A stretch of DNA of 64,000 bases from Candidatus Parcubacteria bacterium (GTDB taxonomy: Bacteria; Patescibacteriota; Patescibacteriia; Patescibacteriales; UBA12075), in NCBI GenBank assembly GCA_963814275.1, contig CAWFCE010000001.1:195307-259306 (forward strand). Reading direction: 5' to 3'. The notes beneath the pieces are model-generated. The model searched no databases and was not told the origin of the DNA. It worked only from the letters and a program-made list of their open reading frames with translations. Position numbers and translations under genes: made by a program. Positions 27,656 through 35,948 of this stretch are shown piece by piece. The first letter of the stretch is position 1. Each line of letters starts with the position of its first letter.

Positions 27656-28240
27656 ATGTTGAAGTCAAAAATAGAAGCCTTATTGTTCATTTCCGCCAAA
27701 CCGATGGCAGTCAGCCAATTGGCCGATTTGTTAAAAGTAAAAAAAGATGAATTGGTAAAGGCCGGCGATGAGCTGGTGGAGGAATACCGGCAAAGCCAAA
27801 AGGGCGTTCAGATAATAAAAAACGGCAATAAATTCCAGATGGTCAGCTCGCCCGAACACGCCAAGCTGGTGCAGGAATTCATCAAAGACGAAACGACCGG
27901 CGAATTGTCGCGGCCCAGCCTGGAGGCGCTCACTATCATCGCATACCGCGGACCGATCTCAAAGCTGGATCTTGACCGGATCAGGGGCGTGAATTGCTCA
28001 CTGATCATCCGCAATTTGCTCTTGCGCGGCTTAGTCGAGGCTAAACACGACAAAACCAAGCAGGAGACGTATTATACCGTAACTTTCGACTTTATCCGCT
28101 TCCTGGGTATAAATGATATAAAAGAACTGCCCGACTTCGAGCGCCTGCATAAGGATGATACCATTGACAGGATTTTATCCGATAATGAATCTTCTGCCGA
28201 TAAAGCGGAAAATATAAATAATAACCAATCGGAGGATTAA
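27656..28240 (+). CDS. scpB: segregation and condensation protein B
   Basis: 194 aa. IEALLF.S..P. and SLEALTIIAY.GPI....L..IRGV motifs. Adjacent to scpA. Confidence 0.88.
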   Translation: MLKSKIEALLFISAKPMAVSQLADLLKVKKDELVKAGDELVEEYRQSQKGVQIIKNGNKFQMVSSPEHAKLVQEFIKDETTGELSRPSLEALTIIAYRGPISKLDLDRIRGVNCSLIIRNLLLRGLVEAKHDKTKQETYYTVTFDFIRFLGINDIKELPDFERLHKDDTIDRILSDNESSADKAENINNNQSED

Positions 28241-28326
28241 TTTATAATTTATAAGTTGTAATTTGTAAACAGTTACGGATTAAGGTATTTTAAAGTTTAT
28301 AAATTATAAATTACAAATTATAAATT
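28241..28326. repeat. tataaat/tacaaat word hairpin
   Basis: tttataatttataagttgtaatttgtaaac ... gtttataaattataaattacaaattataaatt form imperfect inverted arms. Confidence 0.6.
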
Positions 28327-28339
28327 TTTATAATTCCCC

Positions 28340-29335
28340 ATGCGATACGCAGTTGCTATTTTTTTAAGCGCGCTGGTTTTGTGTTTAATGTTCATCGGTT
28401 CTCCCGCCGCGCTCCACAATCAAGCCTCCGTTACCGCCTCCGATATTTCCGGACGGGTATTGGGCGTCAGCGAAGAGGCATCAGCCCGTGCGCTTGACAT
28501 GTTGAAGAGCGATATGCGCAACACTTTGCCGGCAAACCGCGTCGAACCGCCTGCCCTTCCCGTACCCATGGATTCCTGGTGCCGGTTCGATGGAGTTTTT
28601 CAAGGATTGGCGTTCGATCCGGTGAGCGGAGTGGAATTATATGCCCGCGATCCCGACGTTCCCGCGCCGATCGCCAGTATCACCAAGCTTATGACCGCCC
28701 TGGTGTTCCTCGACCATAATCCGGGCTGGGACGAAAATTACCAGGTCAGGGCGGATGACCGGGTTGAGGGCGGACAAATACATATATTCAAAGGGGATAT
28801 ATTGACCGTGCGGGACCTGTTCAATATCAGTTTGACCGCATCCGGAAATTCGGCCACCCAGGCCCTGGTTAGCGTGAGCGGTTTTAATGACGATGATTTT
28901 GTGGCGGAAATGAACATCAAGGCCGCTGAGCTCGGTATGAGCCAAGCCAGTTTCGCGGATCCGATCGGACTCTTAAGCGGCAGTGCCGCCACGCCAAGGG
29001 AGGTCGCCGTTTTGCTTAAGGAAGCGATGGGGCACCCGGAAATAAAAAAAGCGCTGCTTGAGCCGCGCTATACCTTTGTTACTGCTGCCGGAGACAAAAG
29101 AACCGCCGACAATACCGATATTTTGCTGGGACAATATCCGCAAGACGGGATCAGTCTAAGCGGAGGAAAAACCGGCCATACTAATGCCGCCGGTTATTGC
29201 TTTGCCGGACAGTTTACCGACCAATCCGGACATGAAATAATTACCGTGGTATTGGGCACACCCAATCCTTCCGACCGCTTTCGCTACGCTGAAGAGCTGG
29301 CATCGTGGGTTTTTGATAATTACCAATGGCAATAG
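28340..29335 (+). CDS. D-alanyl-D-alanine carboxypeptidase (peptidase S11, PBP5/6-like)
   Basis: Signal/TM N-terminus. SxxK (ASITK), SxN (SGN) and KTG (KTGHT) motifs in canonical order. Confidence 0.85.
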   Translation: MRYAVAIFLSALVLCLMFIGSPAALHNQASVTASDISGRVLGVSEEASARALDMLKSDMRNTLPANRVEPPALPVPMDSWCRFDGVFQGLAFDPVSGVELYARDPDVPAPIASITKLMTALVFLDHNPGWDENYQVRADDRVEGGQIHIFKGDILTVRDLFNISLTASGNSATQALVSVSGFNDDDFVAEMNIKAAELGMSQASFADPIGLLSGSAATPREVAVLLKEAMGHPEIKKALLEPRYTFVTAAGDKRTADNTDILLGQYPQDGISLSGGKTGHTNAAGYCFAGQFTDQSGHEIITVVLGTPNPSDRFRYAEELASWVFDNYQWQ

Positions 29336-29443
29336 GGAAGGGCGGACGTTGTTTTCCGTTGATATAAATGTTATACTGTGAAAGTAGACTGGAAGTGAGT
29401 TTTTTGCCAATATAAAAATATAAAGCACAATAACATCAATCAT

Positions 29444-30217
29444 ATGTCAAACAGCGGAAAAAAAGTAATTATCGCCAATTGGAAAATGAAACTGAATTTG
29501 AAAGAGTCGTTTGACTTGGCCAAATCCGTAAAAGATCGTTTTAAGGATTTTACCGATGGCGATATCGTGGTGTGCCCGGATTTTGTCGCCTTGCTTGAAG
29601 TAAAAAAGATATTGAACGGCAGTAAAATCAAACTTGGGGCGCAGGACGTATTCTGGGAAGCTCGCGGTTCGTATACCGGCGAGATATCCCCTCTGACCCT
29701 CCTGGAAGCAGGTTGCGAATATACGATCATCGGACATTCCGAGCGGCGTAAATTCCAGATGGAGAATTATGAAATGATCCACCGCGAGATTAAGGCGGCA
29801 CTGGCGGCGGAAGACCTGACTCCGGTCGTCTGTATCGGCGAGAACTGGGATGAACGCAAGACCGACCGCCGGGATTTCGTGCTCTATGACCAGCTGCAGC
29901 AGGCGCTTTCCGGAATCGACATCGCCTCCCGGCAGCAGGTCATCGTCGCTTATGAGCCGATTTGGGCTATCGGCAGCGGTACGGCGATCGAACCGAGCGA
30001 AGCCGAATATGCCCACAAGATCATCAGATTGACCCTCAATGATATGTTCGGAATGAACGTGGTTAACGATAATTTCAAAATTATTTACGGCGGCAGTATC
30101 ACCGCCAAGAATGTCAAAGGATTCACCGATCTGGAAAACCTGGACGGTTTATTGGTGGGCGGTGCCAGCCTGGAAGCGGAAGAATTTTTAAAGGTAGCGA
30201 CCGCGATCGCCGGGTGA
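29444..30217 (+). CDS. tpiA: triosephosphate isomerase
   Basis: 257 aa. IANWKMK, IGHSERR, AYEPIWAIGSG and YGGS motifs. Confidence 0.93.
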   Translation: MSNSGKKVIIANWKMKLNLKESFDLAKSVKDRFKDFTDGDIVVCPDFVALLEVKKILNGSKIKLGAQDVFWEARGSYTGEISPLTLLEAGCEYTIIGHSERRKFQMENYEMIHREIKAALAAEDLTPVVCIGENWDERKTDRRDFVLYDQLQQALSGIDIASRQQVIVAYEPIWAIGSGTAIEPSEAEYAHKIIRLTLNDMFGMNVVNDNFKIIYGGSITAKNVKGFTDLENLDGLLVGGASLEAEEFLKVATAIAG

Positions 30218-30218
30218 T

Positions 30219-30305
30219 AGAATCCGAATGCCCCGAATGGCGAATCCGAATGCCCCGAATGGCGAATCCGAATGCCCCGAATGGCGAATCCGAATGCTCC
30301 GAATG
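30219..30305. repeat. tandem 24-bp repeat gaatccgaatgccccgaatggc (about 3.5 copies), left arm of a split cgaatg element
   Basis: Direct reading. The ORF-track start at 30214 merely translates this array. Confidence 0.9.
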
Positions 30306-30309
30306 TATT

Positions 30310-30723
30310 ATGATGGTAAAAATTCTATATAAAGACCTTTCCTATATAATCAATGGTTTGCTGTTTAAGACTCATAGAGAAATGGGTAGGTTTAAAAACG
30401 AGAAACAATACGCAGACTATTTCGAGAAATTATTGATTGAAGAAAAAATTAATTATATAAGAGAATATAGATTTAAAGAAATTTTGTTAAGCAAAACCAG
30501 AATAAGGTGTATTGTTGATTTCATAATTGAGAATATTATTATAATTGAATTTAAGGCTAAAAATTTTATAGTTAAGGAAGATTACCTGCAGACGCAAAGA
30601 TATTTACGCACTTTAAACCTGGAATTGGGTATCCTTATGAATTTTAGACAATACCGTTTAGCTCCAAAAAGAGTTTTAAATAGTGATTACGAACATTCGG
30701 GGCATTCGGAAAATAATTCGTAA
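30310..30723 (+). CDS. GxxExxY-family (PD-(D/E)XK-like) protein
   Basis: D.I.E..II.E.KA and Q...YLR...L.LGIL.NF core pattern typical of the GxxExxY family. Start moved to the ATG at 30310, after the tandem repeat. The last ~12 codons are encoded by the right-arm repeat. Confidence 0.7.
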   Translation: MMVKILYKDLSYIINGLLFKTHREMGRFKNEKQYADYFEKLLIEEKINYIREYRFKEILLSKTRIRCIVDFIIENIIIIEFKAKNFIVKEDYLQTQRYLRTLNLELGILMNFRQYRLAPKRVLNSDYEHSGHSENNS

Positions 30724-30735
30724 CATTCGTATTAT
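30689..30735. repeat. right arm of split cgaatg element
   Basis: Its reverse complement ataatacgaatgttacgaattattttccgaatgccccgaatg is nearly identical to the 5' arm of the 26719 hairpin. It ends at the base before the fba ATG. Confidence 0.85.
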
Positions 30736-31611
30736 ATGCTGGTTCATATCAAAGAAATCGTAAAAATGTCGCAGGAGGGCGGTTATGCCGTCGGCGCTTT
30801 TAATATCCACAACCTGGAGTCGGTCTTGGGTGTCGCCAAAGCGGCGATGCAGGCCAAGTCGCCGGCCATTATTCAGGTATCGGAAAGCGCCATCAAATAT
30901 ATGGGCCTGAAGCCCATCACCCATATCGTATCGACCGTTGCCAAGAATGTGGCCACGCAAGTGCCCATTGCCCTCCATCTGGACCACGGCAAAGACCTTA
31001 CCAACGTATTTGAATGCATTAAAGCCGGCTTTTCTTCGGTGCATATCGATGCGTCGAATCTGCCGCTGGACGAAAATATCGCCGTTACCAAACAGGTCGT
31101 GGAATTGGCCCGCAGCAAGAATGTCTGGGTGCAGGGTGAAATCGGGGCGATTATGGGCGGACATGGCGTGATTTCGGGCAAGATACACAACATTCCGATC
31201 GCCAAAGTAGAAGATGTGGTGATTTTCGTCAGAGAAACCGATGTCGATACGATTGCCGCCGCGATCGGTACCGCACACGGGGTTTTCGATAACGAGGATA
31301 TAAAGATCGATATCCTGAAAGAAATCAAGGAAAAAACACACAAGCCGTTCGTCCTGCACGGCGGATCGGGCGTGGATGACGAAAAGATCAAAAACGCCAT
31401 TAAAAACGGCGTTAATATCATCAATATCGGGACCGATATCAAAGTGGCATTCTCTACCGCCTTGAGGCAGTCGGTCAAGGATCAGCCGGACGAAACCGAT
31501 CCGCGCAAATTGCTGATGCCGACGATTCAGGCGGTTCAGGATGTGGCAGCGGGTAAAATGGAGCTTTTCGGCAGCGCCGGGCAATGTTACGTCGATGAAT
31601 TGGAGACTTAA
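30736..31611 (+). CDS. fba: class II fructose-bisphosphate aldolase
   Basis: 291 aa. GYAVGAFN..N.E, LHLDHG and LHGGSG motifs. Confidence 0.9.
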   Translation: MLVHIKEIVKMSQEGGYAVGAFNIHNLESVLGVAKAAMQAKSPAIIQVSESAIKYMGLKPITHIVSTVAKNVATQVPIALHLDHGKDLTNVFECIKAGFSSVHIDASNLPLDENIAVTKQVVELARSKNVWVQGEIGAIMGGHGVISGKIHNIPIAKVEDVVIFVRETDVDTIAAAIGTAHGVFDNEDIKIDILKEIKEKTHKPFVLHGGSGVDDEKIKNAIKNGVNIINIGTDIKVAFSTALRQSVKDQPDETDPRKLLMPTIQAVQDVAAGKMELFGSAGQCYVDELET

Positions 31612-31675
31612 GCGCCCGCTAACCGGCCGATCAATCGAAAGAATCCGATTAATATAAACAAAAAATAAAAATAAT

Positions 31676-32515
31676 ATGTACAATATTATCCCACTGGTTA
31701 TAATCCTTTTTTCTCTTGGTGTCATCATTACGATTATTGTCAAAAAATTTTCGGTGCTGGCCTCACTGGACGTTGATACGATCCAGGCCGAACGGGAAAC
31801 CAGGATGAAAGAACAGATTATCGGTTCGCGATTAAAGCGGAATTTTTTCCGTTATTACCACAAGGCCGCGCGCCTGGTCGTACCGGCATCGAAAGGCATC
31901 ACTTCATTCTTTTCCTGGACATACCGGAAGCTGAAAGAGGCGAAGGAGTCGGGCGAACCAGGCAATCCGCCCGTAAGCGGGGGAGAGGACATTATCGGCA
32001 AATTGATGATTGATGCCGATGATTTGGTTAAAAAGGGTACATATGACGAGGCGGAACGCAAATACATCGAAATTATCGGTGTCGACAGCCATCAATGGAG
32101 CGCGTTCAAAAAACTGGGACAGCTGTATTATGAGCGCAAAGATTATAATGAGGCTAAACAAACATTGGAGCATGCCATGCGGCTGATTGAAAAGGACCAG
32201 GAGAAAGCTTCATTAACCGACAATAGCGAAGGGGACGGAACGCAGAAAGACGCAATATCCTCCCAAATAGCGGAAATTTATTTCGATCTTTCGGAAGTTA
32301 ACTTGGCGATGGAAAGTCCGGCAAATGCTTTGCAGGTAATAAATCAGGCGCTCCGGATCGAACCGAATAATCCACGCTACCTTGACATTAAGTTCGAAAT
32401 CAGTATAATAAGTAAAGACAAATCAAGCGCCCTTGACGCTTACGGGACGCTTAAGGAAGTGAATCCGGAAAATCAGAAATTGAACGATTTTAAGCGCCAA
32501 TTGGACGAATTATAG
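31676..32515 (+). CDS. TPR-repeat protein with N-terminal membrane anchor
   Basis: N-terminal TM (IIPLVIILFSLGVIITIIV). TPR-like repeats (..Y.EAE..Y...I...... A...LG.LY....DY.EA...). Confidence 0.6.
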   Translation: MYNIIPLVIILFSLGVIITIIVKKFSVLASLDVDTIQAERETRMKEQIIGSRLKRNFFRYYHKAARLVVPASKGITSFFSWTYRKLKEAKESGEPGNPPVSGGEDIIGKLMIDADDLVKKGTYDEAERKYIEIIGVDSHQWSAFKKLGQLYYERKDYNEAKQTLEHAMRLIEKDQEKASLTDNSEGDGTQKDAISSQIAEIYFDLSEVNLAMESPANALQVINQALRIEPNNPRYLDIKFEISIISKDKSSALDAYGTLKEVNPENQKLNDFKRQLDEL

Positions 32516-32726
32516 TCGGATATTTTACATAAAGTACAGCTAGGTACTGTTCATAGTAGGTTCGCGCCGGACAGTATTTTTTATTTATTATGCCTGCCTG
32601 CCGCAGCTTCAGCGAAGGTAGGCCGATGTAGCTTCCCCCGACAAGCTCTGGACAGGCAGCTGGTACCCCGCAGCGTGCGGGGCATGGTAAGGAGAATATG
32701 TTTTTTTCATATATATAAGTTATTAT

Positions 32727-32799
32727 GCCGACGTAGCTCAGCTGGTAGAGCAACTCCATGGTAAGGAGTAGGTCTGGGGTTCGAATCCCCACGTCGGCT
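32727..32799 (+). tRNA. tRNA-Thr (anticodon GGU)
   Basis: Cloverleaf by hand: acceptor GCCGACG/CGTCGGC, D stem GCTC/GAGC, anticodon stem ACTCC/GGAGT with loop ATGGTAA, T arm TGGGG-TTCGAAT-CCCCA. CCA is not encoded. Confidence 0.9.
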
Positions 32800-32804
32800 C
32801 TTTC

Positions 32805-32897
32805 AAATTTCGAATGACGAATGTCGAATGACAAATATATTTTTCTATATAATATTTTACGATAATTTGTCATTCGACATTCGTAATTCGTCATTTT
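32805..32897. repeat. cgaatg-family hairpin filling the spacer between the two tRNAs
   Basis: aaatttcgaatgacgaatgtcgaatgacaaat ... atttgtcattcgacattcgtaattcgtcatttt. The inner 20 bp pair perfectly. Confidence 0.85.
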
Positions 32898-32900
32898 CGG

Positions 32901-32984
32901 GGGTCGATACTCAAGCGGTCAACGAGGGCAGACTGTAAATCTGCTGGCCTTGCGCCTACGTAGGTTCGAGTCCTACTCGGCCCA
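32901..32984 (+). tRNA. tRNA-Tyr (anticodon GUA), long variable arm
   Basis: Acceptor GGGTCGA/TCGGCCC (one G-U pair), anticodon stem GCAGA/TCTGC with loop CTGTAAA, long variable arm, T arm GTAGG-TTCGAGT-CCTAC, discriminator A. Confidence 0.88.
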
Positions 32985-33027
32985 CAATACAAAAACAGCG
33001 CCACAAGCGCTGTTTTTGTATTGTGGG
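32981..33027. repeat. perfect 21-bp hairpin overlapping the 3' acceptor end of tRNA-Tyr
   Basis: cccacaatacaaaaacagcgc-cacaa-gcgctgtttttgtattgtggg. No T-run follows. Confidence 0.85.
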
Positions 33028-33142
33028 ACGGGTGTGCGGAGAAGCTATAAAAACCTTGAATTATAATATTTCTGCTATTAAATCATCAAAATATTTACTA
33101 TCAAAACATTCATTAGCAAGTGCGGTACGGGGCTTCCGCCCC

Positions 33143-33165
33143 TTCGAGTCCTACTCGGCCCACAA
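33143..33165 (+). repeat. 23-bp direct duplicate of the tRNA-Tyr 3' end (T-loop to discriminator)
   Basis: ttcgagtcctactcggcccacaa is identical to 32965-32987. Confidence 0.9.
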
Positions 33166-33203
33166 CAAAACTACAGAGTTAATTCTGTAGTTTTGTTTTT
33201 TTT
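33164..33203 (+). terminator. intrinsic terminator after the tRNA 3'-end duplicate
   Basis: aacaaaactacaga-gttaat-tctgtagttttgtt followed by a T-run. Confidence 0.7.
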
Positions 33204-33261
33204 GCGGACAGGGGGAGGCGGTCGGCCGGGTAATATGGCATTTGGCCGCCGGTGGATAAAA

Positions 33262-33270
33262 TGGTATAAT
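33262..33270 (+). promoter_or_regulatory. extended -10 element TGGTATAAT, 6 nt upstream of the korA ATG
   Basis: tggtataat at 33262-33270, ATG at 33277, no SD in between. Confidence 0.4.
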
Positions 33271-33276
33271 AAGTGC

Positions 33277-34983
33277 ATGGAACCAGCATTTACGTTCAAA
33301 ATCGGGGGAGAAGCCGGATTCGGCATCATGTCGGCCGGGGTTTTGTTTTCCCGGATAGCGGTCCGGTCCGGATACCACGCATTCAATTACGTGGAATATC
33401 CTTCCTTGGTCCGGGGCGGGCATAACGTCGCCCAGACCACGGTGGGGGAGAAGCCAGTCCGCTCCCCGCGGCAATCGACCGATCTGCTTGTCGCGTTGAA
33501 CCAAGAGACAATCGACCTGCATAAGCATGAGCTGTCGGCGGGTTCGTATGTCATTTACGATAATGAAAGAGGCTCATCCCTCGTCGGGTCCGGGCGCGGT
33601 GTCATCGCCTTGGCTCTGCCCATCCATCGCCTGGCCAAAGAGATCGGCGGAACGCTGCTCACGCGCAATACCCTGGTCTTGGGCGCGGTGGTTGCCCTGC
33701 TGGGCGGAGACCTTAAACATTTATTGGATATAATATCCGAAAGTTTTTCGCACAAGCAGCCGGAAATAGTGGAAAAGAACCACGCGGTATGCCGGGCGGG
33801 CCATGATTATATGATCAAAAATTACCCGGATAAAATACGACCGGCCCTGAAACAACGCCGGGCAGCCGGCGATCTGATGATAGTCAGCGCCAACCAATCC
33901 GTGGCGTTGGGGGCGGTCGCGGCCGGAATGAAGTTTGCCGCTATCTATCCCATGACGCCGACCTCGAATATCCTCCATACGTTGGCGCCGCTTCAGGAGA
34001 AGTTCGGCTTCGCTTACGTGCAGCCTGAATACGAGATCTCGGCGATCAATATGGCGATCGGGGCGTCTTTCGCCGGCGCGCGGTCTATGGTCGCCACTTC
34101 CGGCGGGGGGTTCTGCCTGATGGCCGAGGGGTATGGCCTGGCCGGTATGACCGAAACGCCGCTGGTAATAGTCGAGGGTATGCGCGGCGCCCCGGCCACC
34201 GGACTGCCCACCTGGAATGAGCAGGGGGACCTGCGCTTCATCCTACACGCGCATCAGGGCGATTTTCCGCGCATCATACTGGCGCCTGGGGACGCGGAGG
34301 AGGCCTTTTATCTGACATTGGAAGCTTTTAACCTGGCCGACAAATACCAAACCCCGGTCGTGCTGCTCCTGGACAAACATCTTTGCGAAAGCCAATCAAG
34401 CGTCACGCCATTCGCTTATGGCGATTACCAGGTAAAGCGCGGCCAGCTAACGGACCATCCGGCCGAAGATTATCAGCGCTACGCTTGCACGCCGGACGGG
34501 ATATCGCCCCGGGCCATACCGGGCGCGGGCAGCCACATCCTGGCCAATTCCGACGAGCACGATGAGACCGGCTATTCCTGCGAAGACGCGGCTAACCGGC
34601 GAAAACAGATGGAGAAGCGCATGGCCAAGCTTGAAACTTGCGCGCAAGAGGATATGCCAGAGCCTGTATTATACGGCCCGGCCAAGGCGGGAACCACCCT
34701 GGTTTCCTGGGGCAGCAACAAAGGCGCCATTCTGGACGCCATTCAGGATAATCCGGACGTGAATTTCCTGCAGCTGGCCTGGATAAATCCGTTCCCCGCC
34801 AAAGCCGTCAGGCGCATTCTGGGCCGGGCCCGCCGGATCATCAATATCGAATGCAATTATACGGCCCAATTGGCGGGCATCATAAAAGAAAAAACCGGGA
34901 TAGAAATTAAGGAAAATTTCCTTAAATTTGACGGCCGGCCGGTTTATCCCGGTGAAATAAGCAAAATATTCGGAAAGAAATAA
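33277..34983 (+). CDS. korA: 2-oxoacid:ferredoxin oxidoreductase, fused gamma-alpha subunit
   Basis: N-terminal gamma-type domain (IGGEAGFGI.SAG.......SGY......EYPS..RGG), then an alpha domain (YPMTP.S.I). Start moved to M29 of the track ORF (MEPAFTF). Confidence 0.85.
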   Translation: MEPAFTFKIGGEAGFGIMSAGVLFSRIAVRSGYHAFNYVEYPSLVRGGHNVAQTTVGEKPVRSPRQSTDLLVALNQETIDLHKHELSAGSYVIYDNERGSSLVGSGRGVIALALPIHRLAKEIGGTLLTRNTLVLGAVVALLGGDLKHLLDIISESFSHKQPEIVEKNHAVCRAGHDYMIKNYPDKIRPALKQRRAAGDLMIVSANQSVALGAVAAGMKFAAIYPMTPTSNILHTLAPLQEKFGFAYVQPEYEISAINMAIGASFAGARSMVATSGGGFCLMAEGYGLAGMTETPLVIVEGMRGAPATGLPTWNEQGDLRFILHAHQGDFPRIILAPGDAEEAFYLTLEAFNLADKYQTPVVLLLDKHLCESQSSVTPFAYGDYQVKRGQLTDHPAEDYQRYACTPDGISPRAIPGAGSHILANSDEHDETGYSCEDAANRRKQMEKRMAKLETCAQEDMPEPVLYGPAKAGTTLVSWGSNKGAILDAIQDNPDVNFLQLAWINPFPAKAVRRILGRARRIINIECNYTAQLAGIIKEKTGIEIKENFLKFDGRPVYPGEISKIFGKK

Positions 34984-34996
34984 TATAAAAACCGCT

Positions 34997-35854
34997 ATGA
35001 CGTCTTTTTCGCATAAAAGATTAACCACTCCCGTTAAGCCCAGCTGGTGTCCCGGCTGCGGCAACTTCGGCATCTGGACCGCTTTCAAGGATGCGGCTGA
35101 GGCTGAGGACTGGAATAACAGTAATACCGTGATGGTCGCCGGGGTCGGCTGCCACGGGCATATCGTTAATTTCGTTAAACTGACCGCGTTCGAAGGTTTG
35201 CATGGCCGGCCCATACCGGTAGCCTCGGGGATCAAATTGGCCAACCAGCGCCTGAACGTATTCGTTTTCACCGGTGACGGTGACTGCTTGTCGGAGGGCG
35301 GCAACCACTTCCTGCACGCGGCCAGGCGCAACCAGGATATTACGGTCATTCTCCACGACAACGCGATCTACGGATTGACTACCGGCCAGACTTCGCCACG
35401 TTCGCCCCGGGAATTCCGCTCCAAATCCACTCCGGCCGGCAGCCGGGGGGAACCGCTCCATCCTCTGCGTCTGGCTATAACCGCCGGCGCCACTTTTGCC
35501 GCCCGCTGGTATGCCGGGGATATCGCCGGTTTGACGGAGCTGATGGTCAGGGCGAACCGGCATAAAGGTTTTGCCGTCATTGATGTATTACAGCCCTGTG
35601 TGACTTTCAACAAAGTTTATACCCATATGTATTATCAGCGCCATATTTACGAGCTGGACAAGTCGCACGACAAATCCGATTATCGGGCGGCGCTCGACAA
35701 GACCTGCGAATGGGAGGAGAGGATACCGGTGGGCGTGTTCTATGAGGCCAGCCGCCCGACTTATGAAGAGCAGATGCCGGCCGGCCGGGACAAGCCGCTT
35801 GCCGGAGCGGCGGCCAAAAGGGATATCGGCAGTCTCCTGGCCGCTTTCCAGTGA
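34997..35854 (+). CDS. korB: 2-oxoacid:ferredoxin oxidoreductase beta subunit (TPP-binding)
   Basis: WCPGCGNFGI and GDGD....GGNH motifs. Adjacent to the alpha subunit. Confidence 0.9.
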   Translation: MTSFSHKRLTTPVKPSWCPGCGNFGIWTAFKDAAEAEDWNNSNTVMVAGVGCHGHIVNFVKLTAFEGLHGRPIPVASGIKLANQRLNVFVFTGDGDCLSEGGNHFLHAARRNQDITVILHDNAIYGLTTGQTSPRSPREFRSKSTPAGSRGEPLHPLRLAITAGATFAARWYAGDIAGLTELMVRANRHKGFAVIDVLQPCVTFNKVYTHMYYQRHIYELDKSHDKSDYRAALDKTCEWEERIPVGVFYEASRPTYEEQMPAGRDKPLAGAAAKRDIGSLLAAFQ

Positions 35855-35890
35855 AAGGCCGCCGGATCGCCTGGCTCTTCGCAATCCGAC

Positions 35891-35920
35891 AAAAATCCGG
35901 ACTGGGCAGTCCGGTTTTTT
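35891..35920. terminator. bidirectional terminator between convergent korB and flavodoxin genes
   Basis: aaaaat-ccggact-gggc-agtccgg-tttttt. Confidence 0.7.
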
Positions 35921-35948
35921 ATATTTAATGGCAGAGGCAATGATAAGT

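Noticed and set aside
30219-30305. Tandem arrays at 30219-30305, 48868-48950, 46715-46757 and 63826-63900 were considered as possible CRISPR arrays.
   Set aside because: The units are contiguous with no unique spacers, unit lengths of 7-26 bp do not fit the repeat-spacer periodicity, and no cas genes are present.
30214-30309. The upstream start at 30214 for the GxxExxY ORF, and likewise 33193 for korA, 38884 for the PEP-CTERM protein, 58323 for the MFP and 60374 for the RND pump.
   Set aside because: The extra N-terminal residues are translated repeat or spacer sequence. Internal starts give canonical N-termini: the family core, MEPAFTF, a signal peptide after an SD, a lipoprotein signal and MAETSQ respectively.
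32516-32726. Possible tRNA fragment or SRP-like RNA upstream of tRNA-Thr (taggttcgcgccggacagta and the cctgcc/ggcagg hairpins).
   Set aside because: No cloverleaf or conserved SRP/RNase P/tmRNA core could be folded. The GGTTCG-like string has only a 2-bp flanking stem. It is treated as another word-repeat spacer.
32490-32894. 134-aa minus-strand ORF spanning the tRNA region.
   Set aside because: It overlaps tRNA-Thr and the spacer hairpin. It is a translation of repeats and tRNA sequence, so it is spurious.
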